Part shown: piece after piece, positions 62,410-64,000 of the stretch
Layout of the letters: each line of letters opens with the position of its first letter
Position numbering within the stretch: the first letter of the stretch is position 1
NCBI GenBank assembly: GCA_964016885.1
Contig: OZ024743.1
Coordinates: 58,280,001-58,344,000, forward strand
DNA length: 64,000 nt
From: Eledone cirrhosa
Taxonomy: Eukaryota
Reading direction: 5' to 3'
Notes under the pieces: model-generated
The model's input: the letters and a program-made list of their open reading frames with translations, nothing else
The model's database searches: none
What the model was told of the DNA's origin: nothing
Position numbers and translations under genes: made by a program

Positions 62410-63910
62410 TAACATCAGTAACAAAATAGCTATATAGCGAATAATTAAAACAATAACATCAATAATAAAACACGCATGGTAAATAAACAGAGATGATACA
62501 GATGTATGACATGCGAAATCTAAGATAGGGTACATTAAAAGTAGATAAAGGAATAAAATAATAAAATGTACTTAGAGTCAGACTTTAGGGTCTCAACTGT
62601 AAGTGCAATTATGAGAGATTTAGATACAAATGAACTGTGGGTCTGAAAAATGATCAACAATAAAACGGAGATTAATTTATGGTTTGACAGATAAATGATT
62701 GTAGTAGATATTTCCTAGTGAGATTGATGGAGGGAGTGTATAGAGATGTATGGTTCTATGGTAGTTGGTATTAAATGAAATTGTTGATTCAGTATGTTAA
62801 GGTTTAGGTGGTTTAGTCCAAATTTTGGGATTGCTGGTTCGAATCATGGAGGTATAAGTTTCGTAACATCAATAACAAAATAGCGTATAATTAAAACAAT
62901 AACATCAATAATAAAACATGCATGGTAAATAGATAGAGAATATGGCGAATAAAATCAAGGATAGGGTACATTGAAATGATAATAATAATAAGAAAATAAG
63001 AGTTACAGGGGAGTATAAAAGTAATAAGATAATGTACTTAGAATTAAGTTCGTCTGTAAGTGTTCCTGGGTGCTAGTATGAGATATGTATATACAATTGT
63101 GTGGTCCGAAAGAATGAACAACAGTAAAGACGAGATTAATTTATGGGCTGACAAGATAATTGATAAATGTTTGTAGTAGACGATTGTTCCTGCTGTACTA
63201 TCTTGATGGTATTGATGGAAGGAGGTTGGAAGAGGTTTACAGAAATGTATGGTTCTGAAGTAGCTGTGTGATAGTGCGGATGTCATACGTTAAAGTCTAA
63301 GTGGTTTTCTATTAATTTTGGGAATGCTGGTTCGAATCACGGTGGTTTAAATTTCGTAAATCTAGTTGCAATCTTATGTCTGCAGAAAATGGACCTTTCT
63401 ATTTTGCTGTGAAGCAGCATCCTATCGTACCTTAAGATTTATCAATTATCAATTATCTTGTCAGCCCATAAATTAATCTCGTCTTTACTGTTGTTCATTC
63501 TTTCAGACCACACAATTGTATATACATATCTCATACTAGCACCCAGGAACACTTACTGACGAATTTCATTCTAAGTACATTATCTTATTACTTTTATACT
63601 TCCCTGTAACTCTTATTTTCTTCTTCTTATTATTATCATTTCAATGTACCCTATCCTTGATTTTATTCGCCATATTCTCTATCTATTTACCATGCATGTT
63701 TTATTATTGATGTTATTGTTTTAATTATATGCTATTTTGTTATTGATGTTACGAAACTTAAACCTCCATGATTCGAACCAGCAATCCCAAAATTTGGACT
63801 AAACCACCTAAACCTTAACATACTGAATCCACAATTTCACTTAATACCAACTACCATAGAACCATAAATCTCTATACACTACCTCCATCAATCTCACTAG
63901 GAAATATCTA
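62410..63910. repeat. Partial tandem (62410-62862, 62865-63360) plus inverted copy (63452-63910); PLE pLTR-like
   Basis: Shared taattaaaacaataacatcaataataaaac blocks; hammerhead-like motif adjacent. Confidence 0.8.
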
Positions 63911-64000
63911 AGCGAAAACTAACCAAACAGTGAGTGTGTTCTGTTATTAATTCTGCCAATATTATCACATCAAAATGACCCTCCCCAAGTATATATATAT

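Noticed and set aside
58055-64000. Search for the gene B WLHxDAA exon
   Set aside because: Not found on the minus strand; presumed beyond 64000, so gene B completeness cannot be judged.

Overview
AT-rich, microsatellite-dense eukaryotic DNA. The SINE repertoire looks like that of octopod cephalopods (inference). The window holds two convergent (tail-to-tail), intron-rich paralogues of the group II PLP-dependent aromatic L-amino-acid decarboxylase (DDC/AADC) family. Gene A is on the + strand with 10 exons from 2726 to 35429 and lacks about 105 N-terminal codons that lie outside the window. Gene B is on the - strand with its last 5 exons from 58054 down to 43202. Both keep the PLP lysine and the catalytic-loop tyrosine but have unusual active-site substitutions (SPQK or SPHK for NPHK; QCGRPF for PLGRRF). 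Introns and the intergenic gap are filled with Penelope-like element (PLE) fragments (RT and GIY-YIG) arranged as fold-back inverted repeats. I read more than 15 type I hammerhead-ribozyme motifs from at least six sequence families, many in sense orientation in gene A introns, including a tandem pair 313 nt apart. Also present are RTE-clade LINE fragments with 5' inversions, tRNA-derived SINEs with target-site duplications, and non-autonomous Helitron-like elements. Almost all ORFs in the supplied track are microsatellite artefacts. Exon coordinates were read by hand; repeat boundaries are approximate.
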